A stretch of 64,000 nucleotides of DNA, from NCBI RefSeq assembly GCF_009914755.1, contig NC_060931.1. The stretch is one strand, 5' to 3'. Below are positions 32,690 to 48,529 of this stretch, in pieces. Under the pieces are notes generated by a model. It ran no database searches. It worked only from the letters and a program-made list of their open reading frames with translations, and was not told the DNA's origin. The stretch comes from the human T2T-CHM13v2.0 reference genome, Homo sapiens. Numbering within the stretch: position 1 is the stretch's first letter; each line of letters opens with the position of its first letter. A program made the position numbers and the translations under genes.

Positions 32690-33930
32690 AGGCATATTGA
32701 TTATAAACAAAATACTTAAATTTACACCTAATTCTAGATCACAAAACACAGCGTCTGACTTTTTTCCCAGTGTCAACGTCTTATTTACAAAGACCTATAG
32801 TATGTTAGGCCACGATAAAGTCTGAGTAAATTTTTTAAAAACATATATTTTGTCTAGCGATGGATTATGTAATATAGATACATAATAAAAGCAATACATA
32901 ATGTATATAATGAAAATATTTTCTAAATCTTCACTTATGTTGAAACAAACAAATGTGTCCTAAAGGGCAACAGGATCAAATGAGGTTAGAGAGAACACAA
33001 CAACTCAGTATTCTTTTTTAATAATTTAAATTTAAAGCTTACACATAAAAACTTAGGAGAAATTACCAGAGCAAAAATCTTCAGGTTGTTTATTTTCAAA
33101 AAAGAAGGAATGAAAAATACGGAGAAAAATAAAGGAATTAAGTATCTATTTAAAATCCTAAGAAAAAAAATGGAAAAAACCCCAAAGCTAAATAGAACGA
33201 AAGATTTAATAAAGGAGAAAGACCAGAACAAATAAATAAAAGACATCAGAACAATAAAATTAATGAATATATTTAGGAATTCATTCTTTCTAAACACTAA
33301 TGGAAAACAACTTGCTTGTGAATAAACTGTTTATTGGTAAAGTAGAAATGAGAAAGTAAATAAAGCAACCCATATTAAAAAGAAAATTCCATTACTTTTG
33401 TCTAATGTATTTGAAAACTTTAAATAAATGTCTTCCTTCAAATAAGTACAAGTCACAATAAAAACAATAAAGCCAGGATTTATAAATAGTGGTCCCTAAC
33501 TGAAGAAACATACTGATGAAGAATTGGAGAAATGTATTTAAAAAATTTAAATATTAAACATGTTCCAGTCTGTTCAAACCTAAAATAGAAACATTTGAAA
33601 AGGAGAGATCAAGTTGACTAATAAATCTGGTTTACAAAATCTTTAAAAAAGTCTATAAAATATAATGGAGATATGCACTAAAAGATTTTATCTGAGCAAC
33701 ATAAGGGGGATTAAATAGGACAAACACAAAAAGTAGTTGGTAAAAAGATGCAGTTAACTCCTGAAACTTTGCCTTTAGTAACAAAGAATCAAAGACTGTA
33801 AGTCAAAATCTGTGAGATATACAAGGAAGAATTTATAGAAACTTAAATGTTGACAAAGATTTTTAGAGCTCCTGTCTCAGCTTTTGGGATATGAAGTCAT
33901 CAAAAATAAATGAGGATGTAAAGAACTGAT
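32690..33930 (+). mobile_element. Highly decayed L1M(E) ORF2 fragment
   Basis: A-rich; 'tttacaaagacctatagtatgttaggccacgataaag', 'acataaaaacttaggaga' resemble L1 endonuclease and post-endonuclease ORF2. Confidence 0.65.
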
Positions 33931-33933
33931 ATA

Positions 33934-34212
33934 GGCTGGGTGCGGTGGCTCACGCCTGTAATCCCAACACTTTGGGAGGCCAAGGCAGGTGGGTCACTTG
34001 AGGTCAGGAGTTTGAGACTAGCCTGGCCAACATGGCAAACCCCCTCTCTAGTAAAAACACAAAAATTAGCCAGGCCTTGTGGCCCGTGCCTGTAATCCCA
34101 GTTCCTCAGGAGGCTGAGGCAGGAATCCCTTGAACCTGGGAGGCGGAGGTTACAGTGAGCCAAGATTGCCCCACTGCACTCCAGCCTGGGTGACAGAGCA
34201 AGACTCTGTCTC

Positions 34213-34240
<28 letters not shown>
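33934..34240 (+). mobile_element. AluS (Sx-like) with long pure poly-A
   Basis: Full-length Alu, ~28 A tail. Confidence 0.97.
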
Positions 34241-34244
<4 letters not shown>

Positions 34245-35957
34245 TAATTAGCAAGGTTGAATTAGACAAAACAGACCTTTGTACACTAAAAATAGGAAAA
34301 ACAATGCCTAAAAATAGGTAAAATAACGCCTAATTTTAAAACTTGTCCTATCTATTCACAGGTAGTGTCTTGCTAGATGATATTAGAATGAGCTATTGCA
34401 TTTTATTTTAAAATCCTGTTGGGATACTTTTATTGGCCTTTTAATAAGTATATAGATTATTTTAGGAAAGTTTAATATCCCTACTTTCAAAACTATTCTG
34501 AAGCATGGATGACATCTCAATTTTTAAAAACTGTTCTATATGATCTTGTAAGTTTTAAGTTTTGAACATTTTTGTATTTACTATTAGTATTTTATAGTTT
34601 TCGTTGCTTTTTATAAGGACATTGATTTTATTACCCTTTCTTCTTGGCTCTTGCTGTTAATGATGAATTTCTTATACAAATGAATAAATAAGTAAATAAC
34701 CAAAATAAAGTTATTCTAAAAGAGGATACAGGATATTCATATATTCCTAACTATTTAAAGCTGTTAGTTCAGAAAAAGGAGATTAATGATGCTGCTTTTC
34801 AGTGAAACGATATTGTTGCTTCAAAAGACAAAGGAAGTGGTTGTAAATAACATACTTAAAAAAAATTGGGAAATTGGGATCTATGAGACTTTATCATTCT
34901 AAGTCAGCATTTCACAATTTTTTTATTTTTTAAGTGAACTATTAAATCATTATCTAAAATCTATGAACATGGTCTCTAGGTATTTTGGTAAGCCTCTATG
35001 CCACTGGGTCAAACATAGATGCTTTAGTGAGGTGTTGTTTTTTTTTCACATTTGATTTATAGAATTTCTGTAAATATGCTTTATCTCTGTTTATGTAATT
35101 GATGTATAAAATACATCCATTATCTGTTACAAAATTTCTGTTTGCCTTATGTCATTTCGTTATTAGCTCTTTTAATAAAAATCAGTTATTTATTGCAGTA
35201 AAATGTATCAATCTTTATAGTTTATGGTTTAAAACCTAGTCTCTTCTTTAAGAAAATTTTTCCTGTATGATAAAGGCTTTTAAGAAATTCTATGGCTTTC
35301 TTAAAAGTTTTAAAACTGACTTTTACATGCAAGTGTTTAATGAACCTGAAATTGGCTTTTGTTGTACAGTGTCAGACAAATATCCATTTTATTTCACCTA
35401 CCATGATGCTTATTTCTCCACAATAGAGCACAATCATGTCTTGAGGAGGTCTCGGCTTCATTTATTGATTAGCTCATTCTTCTCTTGCTATACTTGTGTG
35501 ACTCAGCTTTTCAGCTTCTGTTTTTTTAATTAGTCCATTTATTCATCTTTGCACCAATTTCACCCTTTTACTTACTACACATGAAAAATAACTCTTGCTA
35601 CTTCAGAAGGCAAGTCTTCACAGCCTATCCTTCTCTCCAGAAATTGCATGGTTATTTTTGCCCTTTGCTTTTCTACATAAATTTCAGAATCAAACTGACA
35701 GATTTAAAACAATCAAAATATCTTATAAGTAATTTAAAATTGCCATTGTACTGAATTCACAGAGCAGTTTCGGGAAAGGATGACCCTCTTCATGACACTG
35801 CGTCTACCATTATAAACATGGTGCCTCTCCTCATTTCTTGGGCTCCTCTTTCTTGCATGTGGTGAATGTAAATTTTTGTGTTGTATCAATGATTAGGTTA
35901 TATGGGAACTTCATTCCTTAAGTACTCAGCATTATTATTACTATTTTAAGTGTTATC

Positions 35958-36028
35958 TTTTGACATTATACTTTTTTCTGATAATTTTGACATTATACTT
36001 TTTTTCTGATAATTATACTTTTTTTCTG
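35958..36028. repeat. Short tandem duplication, ~27-28 bp unit x2.6
   Basis: ttttgacattatactttttt(t)ctgataa twice, then ttatactttttttctg. Confidence 0.9.
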
Positions 36029-36428
36029 TGTACAGGCAGACAAAAATTCACTTTTGTCCATTTTTCTAACTTTTTTGCTTGTCTTTTTGACATGGCTAGG
36101 ATTTGCATTGTGATAATTAATAGAAGACATGATATTGGACATTTGTGAATTTTAAAAGTTTTTAGTTAAAAAATTAACTTTTAAAAATTATTTGAACCTT
36201 TTCCATTAAATATGATGTTTATTACAGGTATTTTTGTACATGTCTTTTATCTTAAGTATATTCATTTCTATTTTCCCAGGCAGTCAATAGATTTTTCTCA
36301 TGAATAGATACTTAAATTATCAATTTTTTGTTATCTAATGGGATAATTATGTGTTTTTCCTTCTTTAATTTGTTAATATGATAAATCACATTAATAACTT
36401 AAATGTTGAGCCAATGTTGCATCTCTAA

Positions 36429-36680
<252 letters not shown>

Positions 36681-36865
36681 TAATCTTCAACTTTCCTTCT
36701 TCATGTGTCCTTCTCAGCTTTGGTATCAAGTTTAGGGTAAATGTACAAAAGTACTTTCCCCATTTTATTATCACTGAAATAATTTCAATAAGATTGGAAT
36801 TACTTATTGCCTATGTTATTTGAGAAAATTTACCTATAACTCTGGGCCTGTTGCTTTCCTTGTAG

Positions 36866-37332
<467 letters not shown>

Positions 37333-37502
37333 TAGAGTACAAGTCTTTGCAACACCTGGAATTATGTTTCCTTTCAGCATTGTTTTTCTTTTTTACATAC
37401 TTTCTTTACGTCTTGATCATTTTGTTTCAAATTTCCTCATTAAAGAAGTAATTTTTGTTTTATTTTATTTTCAACATTATTTTTAAAAATTAGCATACTG
37501 TT

Positions 37503-37793
37503 GGCAGGGTGTGGTGGCTCACGCCTGTAATCCCAGCACTTTGGGAGGCTGAGGCAAGCACATTGCTTGAGACCAGCCTGGCCAACATGGCAAAACCCCG
37601 TCTCTACTAAATATACAAAAATTAGCTGGGAGTGGTGGTGCATGCCTGTAATCCCCAGCTTCTTGGGAGGCTGAGGCACGAGACTTGCTTGAACCTGGGA
37701 GGCAGAAGTTTCAGTGAGCCAAGATCTCCTCACTGCACTCCAGCCTGGGTGATAGAGGACTCTGTCTCAAAAAAAAAAAAAAAAAAAAAAAAA
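37503..37793 (+). mobile_element. AluS with small left-arm deletion
   Basis: 'attgcttgagaccagcc' lacks the gtcaggagtt segment (B-box region); poly-A tail. Confidence 0.95.
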
Positions 37794-37799
37794 TTAACA

Positions 37800-39000
<1,201 letters not shown>

Positions 39001-39070
39001 GGGGTTGAATTTTTCTAACTTCTTCAGTTGGACATATAGTACAGCAATTTTTACATGTTAAAACCTCATT

Positions 39071-39545
<475 letters not shown>

Positions 39546-41637
39546 GCAGCTAGGGTGGCCAACTGTTCTGATTATTGTTACTGTTTTATAAAGTAAATGT
39601 TAGTTTTCATTTAGTTCTGTAAGTTTTTCCATCAAATATTATGTCCATATACATTTAAAATTATTTTATCATTCGTATAGATTGACCTTTATATCTTTAT
39701 GAATATCCCTCTTTATTTCTAGTGATGCTTCCTGTCTTAAAGTCTACTTTGATGTTAGTAGCTTAAGTAGGTTTTCAGGGTATGCATGGTAAGTCCCTTT
39801 ATATCCTTTTACTTTCACTCTTTAAATATTCCATGTAGGCAGCATATAGTTTGGTTTTTCTTTTCTATCTACCTGGTGTTTGAATCAATATATTTAATCT
39901 ATTTATATTTCTTAAATTACTGATATATTTGGATTTATCTACCATTATACGGCTTAATTTTTAATAATTTCACCTGCGGTATGTGACATTTGTCCTCTCT
40001 TATGGCCTTATTTGTATTAATCAAGTAAGTTTCAAAATAACCCAATTCCACCTCCTACTAGCTTATCAGTTGTACATTCTTTTACTTTTCATTTGATAGC
40101 TAACTGAGACCTTACAATATGCATCTTTGACTTATTAGAGTTTGATTTTAATGAATACTTCTACAATTTTCAGTACAATGCAAATATGTTAAACCACATA
40201 TCTTCTTTCCACTCTTTTTCACTATTATTGTATGTTTTAATTCCATATTTACTTAAACCCCAACATGATATAATTGTTATTGTTGGGTATAATCAATAGT
40301 CATTTAGATTTGTGCATACATTTATTCTTTTCTTTGCTCTTCATTTCTTTTTCATTTTCTTTTCTTCCATCTGGGACCACTTTTTTTCTGCCTGAGAAAC
40401 TCTCTTTGTGTTTGTTTTCTCTTTTTTAGCATATGTCTGCTGATGATAATGTTTTGCCTGAAATGTGTTTATTTGCCTTCATTTCAAAGAATGTTTTTGC
40501 TGCTATAGAATTCTAGGTCATTTGAAGAACATTTTACTCAGTATAGAATTCAAACTTGACGGTTATTTTCTGGAAGCACCTTGAAGATGCCATTCCACTG
40601 TCTTTTGGCTTTGATCATTTTATTAAGGGACCAGTTTCATTTTTACAGCCTTAAAGTTACTGAAAGTATTTTATTACTGAGGGTAATATGCCTTTTTTCC
40701 CATCTGGCTGCTTTTGAGATTTTTTTCTTTTTCTTTGATTTCAATTAATTTTACAATGATATGCCACAATATGCTTTGTTCCTATTTTTGTTGTTTTGTT
40801 TTTATTACATTTTGGACTGCATAAACTATTTGATTCTGCAGCTTGATGTATTTCATCAATTTTGAAAAATTCTTGGTCACTATCACTTCAAAAATGGCAA
40901 CATTCTCCTACTCTGCTTATGGGACTTCGAATGCATCTAAGAGAAATATTTACACCATGCTTCACCTGTCTCTTGTGATAGCTTTGGCTTTTTTTTGTTT
41001 GTTTGACTGTTTTTGCTTAGCTTGCTTTTCCTATCCACTTGTTCCTCTGTTCTTCTGTCTATATATTTTCTACTGTCTCCTAGTTCGTAGTCTTCTATTT
41101 AGCTAAAACTGTTCTGCTCTTAATTTGGCTACTGAGCTCTTGTTTGTAATCATTATATTTTTCTCTTCTAGAATTTCTATTTTAATTCTTCATTAGAATT
41201 AACTGTCTACTAAATTTTTCACCAATTTCTTGAACATATAATAATCATTACATTAAAGTCTTTATTGATTTCTGCATGTCAGTTGACCTTAGATTTTATT
41301 CTCTTAATGACTTAGTCTTGCAGTTTTTGGTCAATTATTTTGTCTCATGAAATGCATGGTCACTTTTTTTTTATGGAAAGTCAAACATTGTGATAAAAAA
41401 TTAAAGACATAAATTGAAAGTCTTGAAAATATAATTTCCCTTCATAGATGATATGTTTTTATTATTGCAGGTGTCAGGATAAACACAGATCACCCCATGT
41501 AGTCTGGTATTGAGCTAGTTTGAAATGTCTTGTATTCATTGTGATAGATAATCTTATTCCAGTTAGTCTTTGCTCCTAAAGTTTACTCCTTTAAATTTCT
41601 TAATTCAAAAACATAGATTTTTGCTGGGGTTTCCATC

Positions 41638-41845
41638 TTTTTTTTTTTTTTTTTTTTTGAGACAGAGTCTCGCTCTGTATCCCAGGCTGGAGCACAATCT
41701 CTGCTCACTGCAAGCTCCGCCTCCCAGGTTCACGCCATCCTCCTGCCTCAGCCTCCCTAGCAGCTGGGACTACAGGCCCCCGCCACTATGCCCAGCTAAT
41801 TTTTTGTATTTTTAGTAGAGACGGGGTTTCACCACGTTAGCCAGG
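41638..41845 (-). mobile_element. AluY, 5'-truncated
   Basis: AluY diagnostics 'tgcaagctccgcctcccaggttcacgccat', 'cgttagccagg'. Confidence 0.92.
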
Positions 41846-42539
41846 TCCCTTAAAATGACTGAAAACTCTGCTCAGCTTCTCAGCCTCATAGCCACTGTTT
41901 TCTCCACTACGTTTTGGGGTTTCTTAGCCTCCATAGATGTTTGAATTCTATTTCCTATCCAGTGAGTTTATGCTTATAATTAGGAGTTTTCTGGGGAGAC
42001 TTTTGCACTTTTTTTCCTATTCCATCCAGAGCCAAGACTGAAAAGTGTATATCCCTACTATCAACTTTCTTTTTTTTTCTGTCAGTCACTGGGAGCCTCA
42101 GCCTTCAGATGTTTGACCTTCATGCAGAAGTCTCTAGCTATCTATCTTCTGTCCTACGCCAGCCTAATGCTTTGTTTCCTGTTCCCAATGTATACAGACC
42201 AATACTACACAGGCTTTAGACCCCTCAGCTAGGCAGACATCCCCAGGGCCCATACCAGCCAACCCCAGAGTTTGTTTACCTTTCTAGCTTAATGAGCACT
42301 ATCCTCTGAAGGACCATCGATTATTTTTTACCAACTCAATAGCTTACTTGAATTCTATTTAACATTTAATCCAGAATTTTTGGTGTATTATACCATGAGG
42401 TATATTTCTGGACATCTAGTCTGCCATGTTGCCTCATGTAAATGTCTAATCATGATATGACACAGGCACATTAAAAACTCTTCCCAAGTTTTCCCCCTTC
42501 CAGGCAATGATCCTACTAATTCCTCTTGATTTAAGAGGC

Positions 42540-42770
42540 ATTGCCTTATGACAGTTAAGAGGTTGGCCTTTGGAGTTAGATGTTCCAAATCCAAGTATTT
42601 GTTGTCACTCTTGAACTTGGGCCATTAACTGTCTTTCAAGGCTTCGCTTTCTGCCTCTATAAAATGGGGTTATTAATGGTGCACCTCTTACAGAGTTAAA
42701 TGAGATCATACTGAAAAAATATTGATATGATCTTGAACACATTGTGTAAGTACTCTGGAATAAAGCATAA
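42540..42770 (+). mobile_element. MIR
   Basis: 'gttaagag...ctttggagttaga...ttcaaggcttcgctttctgcctctataaaatgggg...ttaaatgagatca'. Confidence 0.8.
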
Positions 42771-43561
42771 TCAGGAATAAAGTAATGTTATTTACAATTA
42801 TAATTGCCTAGAATGTCTTTTCTTTGGATATTTATTTATTAAATTCCTGTCTTCCATTTAAAGACCACCACATTTTCTACCTTTTTAAAAAATTCATTTT
42901 GATATCTTTAGTCAGTATTAAATTATTTTACTTTATACTCCCTTAGCACATCCATTACTATGAATTTCTTAATGCATTTTCCCCCAGATCTGTCTGTCCC
43001 AGAGTTATGTAAGTATTTATAGGTGTCCTCTATCCATTTCTGAGCTTCTGTGGTACAAAGATTCCCACAGGATAGCCAAACACTTTTGTCATAGTAGATT
43101 CTCAGTGATATGTTTTGGATTTCCCTAAACTGATTTGTACCCTGTACTCTAGACTGGTTCTTCAGTGAGGTAGGTGGCATATATATAAGTTTGAGAATGA
43201 AGAAAGAAGAAAAAAAATGTGTTAGGGTTATGTCTGAAAAGCTATTTCACATATATTATTTCAACTAGTCTTTATCACTAATCCTGGGTGAGGCTTTTAT
43301 GAAGTTTATCAAAGTTTTCATTTCCTTGATAGGAAGATATCCATAAGTTCAGGTTTTTTTCAAAATGTGCTCAAGTGTAGATTTGCTGATATCACTACCT
43401 AAAGTATGATTATAAAATGAGAAGAGAGATAGAAGTGGCTTGACACAGAAAGTGTTGGGACAGCAGATACTAGGTCTTACTCCAGTGGAAAGTAAATTTC
43501 ATGGATAAAGTAAAAGGGGGAACATGGAGTGAGTAGGGCAAGAAACTGAAGAAATTCATGG

Positions 43562-43993
43562 TTGGATTAGTTAGAGTTCTCCAGAGAAATGGAACAAATA
43601 GGATACAGATATAAATACACATCTAGATATATAGAGATAATAACTTATTTAAAGAAGTTAACTCATGCAATTGTCGGGCTGGCAAGTCCAAAATCAGCAG
43701 GGTAGGCCAGCAGGCTGGAGACCCAGCCAGCAGGGAAGAGTTGAGGGTGCAGTCTCGAGACCAAAGGCACTCTGGAAGCAGAATTATGTTTTTCTCATGG
43801 GACCTCTTAAGGCCTTCAACTGCTTGGATAAGGTCCATTCACATTATGGAGGATAATGTGTTTCACTCAAAGTCTACTGATTTAAATGTTAATTATATCT
43901 AAAAAATAATTAACAGCAATGCCTAGATGAGTATTCGACCAATAACTGGGTTTCACGACCTGGCTAAGTTGACACATAAAATTAATCATTACA
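43562..43993 (-). mobile_element. MLT2 (HERV-L) solo LTR
   Basis: 'ttagagttctccagagaaatggaacaaatagga', 'ggctggcaagtccaaaatc', ends 'aagttgacacataaaattaatcattaca'. Confidence 0.92.
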
Positions 43994-45049
43994 ATGGCAA
44001 AGGGGAGATTTACCCACTCATGAACTCAATCTCTTACATTGTTTTTCCCTTTTTTCATCTGATTATGTCCTTTCTCGAATTGCACTTTTCCTAATTGCAG
44101 TTCTACTAACTGGGCCTGAAAAAGTTCTGTCCAAACTCAGAGAGAGCCTAGCTTAGGCTTTTCCAAGGAGATTTTGAATCAAAAACTCAAAGCCTCCCTT
44201 TTTGCCTTTCTTCAACTTCTTCCTTTCTTTTGATTTTGGAAAAAGATAATTTTACAGATTATCTAGGAAAATAAGAGACTTTTTTTTTTAACAATTTAAG
44301 TAAAGAACAGAATGAAACAGGTAGAGTAGAAAGAGAGAAATGAAAAGTGGTAACTCTGAGGACAATTGAAAGGTGAAAGATTTCTAGACATAAGAATGTC
44401 ATCAAAGCCTTTGCTGAGCTGCGTTAATTTGGAAATGCTTCAGAAGCTTGCGGTGCCTCATTGAGCACTGGCCACGGAGAAGTACACAGGTCTTTACCAC
44501 TATAACTTCACCTTTGAGAGTTTGGTAAAAGGAGCAGTGCTGGGGTTTCTTAGCTGAGAATGTGGCATGTCTGAGAGAATCACTTACTGTTACCACATGA
44601 ACAGATAATATTTACCATTTAATTAACCTCTTTTCCTCTATAATTGAACAGTGAGATTTTAGTCAGCTCTTCTGAGTACTTAGTTCCCTATGACTTAAAC
44701 AACTCCATTTTTGCAGTATCATTAAAAGCCACAACAAAGTTGTGTCAAAGTTCCCTGAAACTTACAGTTTTCTCTTCTTTCCAGTACGGCTTTTTACATT
44801 GCATCAACAAGGAGCATGAGACAATGTAGTTTGTTATTACCAAGATACGGACATAATACCCAACAAATTAAGCTTGCCCCTGTAAAAAGTGAATGAAAAC
44901 GGATCTTACATAGGAATTATTTCTCAAAATAATCCTTAGTCATAGTATCGGAAACTAAGGTAATCTGATCTACATTTTCTTTCACTGTTTGAATGAATTT
45001 CAACACATTTTCTACCAAGTTGTGGTTTAATTTGTTTGAATGTCTCCAT

Positions 45050-45760
45050 GGATGGTGAACCCACTCTGTAAACAGCCCATCTGAATTTTAGACAACCTTG
45101 TAACTTCTCCCTTAATTGAATTAGGCTCTATCTTCTTGTGGCTTCTACTTGCTGATCCTAGTTCTACTCTTTAGACCCAATTACAGTAAGTCTAACACCT
45201 TTGACTCGTAAGTTCTTAAAATATTTGAAGAGAACTAGCAGTCCCTTCCTCACTCTGAATTTAGAGTTGTGTCTTCTTCAGTGTAAACACCACCAAGATA
45301 TTCAACTATGTTTTATTTCTAAGTGTCATGCATGTTTGCTTTATTGATTTGTTTCCTGTAACAAATCCAAAACTAGTCAATTGCTTTACATGATCTGACC
45401 AGCAGATAGTGGTAGAAACAACTTTTCTGAAATGGTTAGCACTTCTATTATTCCATTATCATATCATAACTCTTTAACTTTTTGGTTTATTAAAACTCAA
45501 CCGTCATTTTATCACAGGCTGCTACACTACATCACTTCCAACTGCATTTGGGCAGTTGAGTTTTTGGACCCAAGTGTAGGATCTTATGTTAATCCCTGTT
45601 AACTTCTATCTTTTTAGAGATTCATCCCATTGCTACAGACTGACAAGATTTTTTTTGTTATTTCATTTCTGGTTCTGACATACAATGTGTTCATTCTCTT
45701 GCCAGGCTTCATGCCATCTACATATTTGATAAGCATGCCTTCTGTAGCTTCATACAATTC
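45050..45760 (-). mobile_element. CR1/L3 LINE relic
   Basis: 'ggacccaagtgtaggatcttatgttaatccctgttaacttc' and 'gccatctacatatttgataagcatgccttct' match antisense CR1 RT-region motifs. Confidence 0.7.
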
Positions 45761-46032
45761 AATCTATAGGATTATACAGTCATAATTACATCTTTTGAGA
45801 ACTTTCCAACCTTCTAAAGTTATATTTCCTTTCAAAACTTCATGTTATGGAGTAATGCAAACTTTTCACTCAACTTTTACAAGTTTTAGTTTCTAAACTT
45901 TGGAGTATATTCTTCCCTTCTCTGGATATCACACATTCTCAAATATCATCATTTTATGAGTTCCTAAATCTTTTCGGTAATCATTACCTATGCATAGATT
46001 CATTTCTTTTGTTGGTAAGAATTTGTTCAAAT

Positions 46033-46535
46033 TATATTCATTACCCATTGCTGCTATAACAAATTACCATAAATGTCATGGTTTAAAGTAACATAAACTT
46101 ATTGTTTTACATATCTAGAAGTTCAGAGTCAAAATGAGTCTCACTGGGTTAAAATCAAGGTGTTGGTAGGGCTGCATTCCTTCTGAAGGCTCCAGGGGAA
46201 AATCTGTTTCCCAGTCTTTTCCAAATTCTAGAGCTGCCTGCATTACTTGGCTTGTGGTCCTTTTCTCTCTCTTTAAAGTCAGCAGTATAGCATCTTCAAA
46301 TCTCTTTCTGACTCTGACCTCCTCTTCTGCCTCTCTCTTCCATTCTAATGAACCTTCTGATTACATTGGGCCTACCTGGATAATCTAGGGAAATCTCCCT
46401 ATTTTAAAGTAAGTTTATTAACAACCTCAATTCCATCTGTTCTCTTAATTCCCTTTGTTCATGTAACAGAACATATTCACAGGTTCTAGAAATTAGGGTG
46501 GGAACATTTTGGGTATCATTATTCTACCTACTGCA
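46033..46535 (-). mobile_element. MaLR solo LTR (MLT1C/D-like)
   Basis: 'ttgctgctataacaaattacca', 'aaaatcaaggtgttggtagggctgcattccttctgaaggctcc', 'gattacattgggcctacctggataatc'. Confidence 0.92.
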
Positions 46536-47190
46536 AAAATACAAGCCAGAACTTTTAAAATACTTTGTTTTGCACCACATAAATTATTAAGCATATATGC
46601 AAATAGTCAAAGTCACTAGCCATGACTTTACTTCGTTTTAGGATTAGATTTTCCTTACTGGGCTCAATGGCCTGAAGTGCATTCTTAGAATAATACCACT
46701 TATTTTCCTTCTCTCCTTTTAGCCAAGTAAATATGAACTTCTAATTGAAGGTTGAGAATGTTTCTGAAGATACACATTTTCTTGAGTAGTATGTCATTTA
46801 CCCTAGAGAAACACTCTTACCATTTCCCAGCCCGTGCTGGTCTTATTACACTTTTACCAATTCATAACAGATTGTTAGAGCGTATTATGTGGATAAAATT
46901 AGTAAGATATTTAAAATAAAATGTCATACACATGAAAGGGACACTATAGCAAAATATAAGACATTTGTCTAATGGTATGGTCCTGGAAGCTTGTGAAGAT
47001 GAGAGGGTAAATTTTTTTTACATGAGAGGATAGGAAATCTAGGTCTTGCTTGCTAATGAGATAAAACTTCTAGTTTGGATTTGTTATGATTACCTGAAAG
47101 ATGAGACTATTAATAAATAAATAAAAATTGAGTGCAAGAACCTCAGTAGAATGGTGGGAAAATTATTCCATATTATGACTATGTCTGGAT

Positions 47191-47247
47191 ACATATATAT
47201 ATATGTATATAAATAAATAAATATATATATATATATATTTTTTTTTC
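47191..47247. repeat. (TA)n / (TAAA)n compound AT repeat with poly-T
   Basis: Direct reading. Confidence 0.9.
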
Positions 47248-47574
47248 TGTAGGGATCTTAATGATACTACTTCACCTTAAAAGCCACCAGGACAAATGAG
47301 CCTGACTTTGGAGAACATAAAGTTTACCATATGTAACACAGTACTTAAAAGGTTTGAGGGACCCACATGGAGCATGTGATAGAACTGTAATCTTGTATCA
47401 TTTGTGAGCTTTAAGTTCAATTTTTATTTAAAAAAATTTCCCAAAGCCATTTATTTCATTGTTAATGTAATTTTCTTTGTTTATTGTCTAATTTGGATTC
47501 TGTCCATTTTAGCTTACATTTATTGGCTTACTGTCGATGCAGACATTTAGAAACTGAAATAGTCCTACCTCCTT

Positions 47575-47730
47575 CAGCAGTGTATGGTAAGCTGAAAGAA
47601 TACTTACATGGATCCCAAACACAGAGTTCTGTTCCTAACTTAGCCACTGACTAACTCTGTGAGTTTGGATAACTCATCATATCCTCAGCCCCAGTTTGCT
47701 TCTTTGTAGAATGAGGGGATTGGACTATTC
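47575..47730 (+). mobile_element. MIR (MIR3-like)
   Basis: 'gagttctgttcctaacttagccactgactaactctgtgagtttgg...cagtttgctctttgtagaatgaggggattggacta'. Confidence 0.75.
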
Positions 47731-47982
47731 AGTATGAGTTATTTACAAATGGTGTTTGGGGAACCTTGGGTCCGTGGGATGCCTCCAGAACTGCTAGGGT
47801 GTAGCAGAGTGGCTGAGGGACAGAGATGGAGAAAATGGAGTTCCTCACAGCTCATTCTGTGGTATAGAAAGCGGAGGTCTGATTACTTACAGAAATTAGA
47901 AGCTTAGACCATTTGTATGTATAAAGAATGTCTAAGCATCATATTAGATTTTACCAGAGCTATCCATTTAAAAAGCCAAAAA

Positions 47983-48420
<438 letters not shown>

Positions 48421-48529
48421 TCAAACTATTTAACAAATGCTGAGTAATTAAGAATTAGCCACATCTTTCTTTGGAGAAATCATAAGGAACCTTGTGATAT
48501 CAGAAAGTACGCTAAATTGTAAGAAACAT

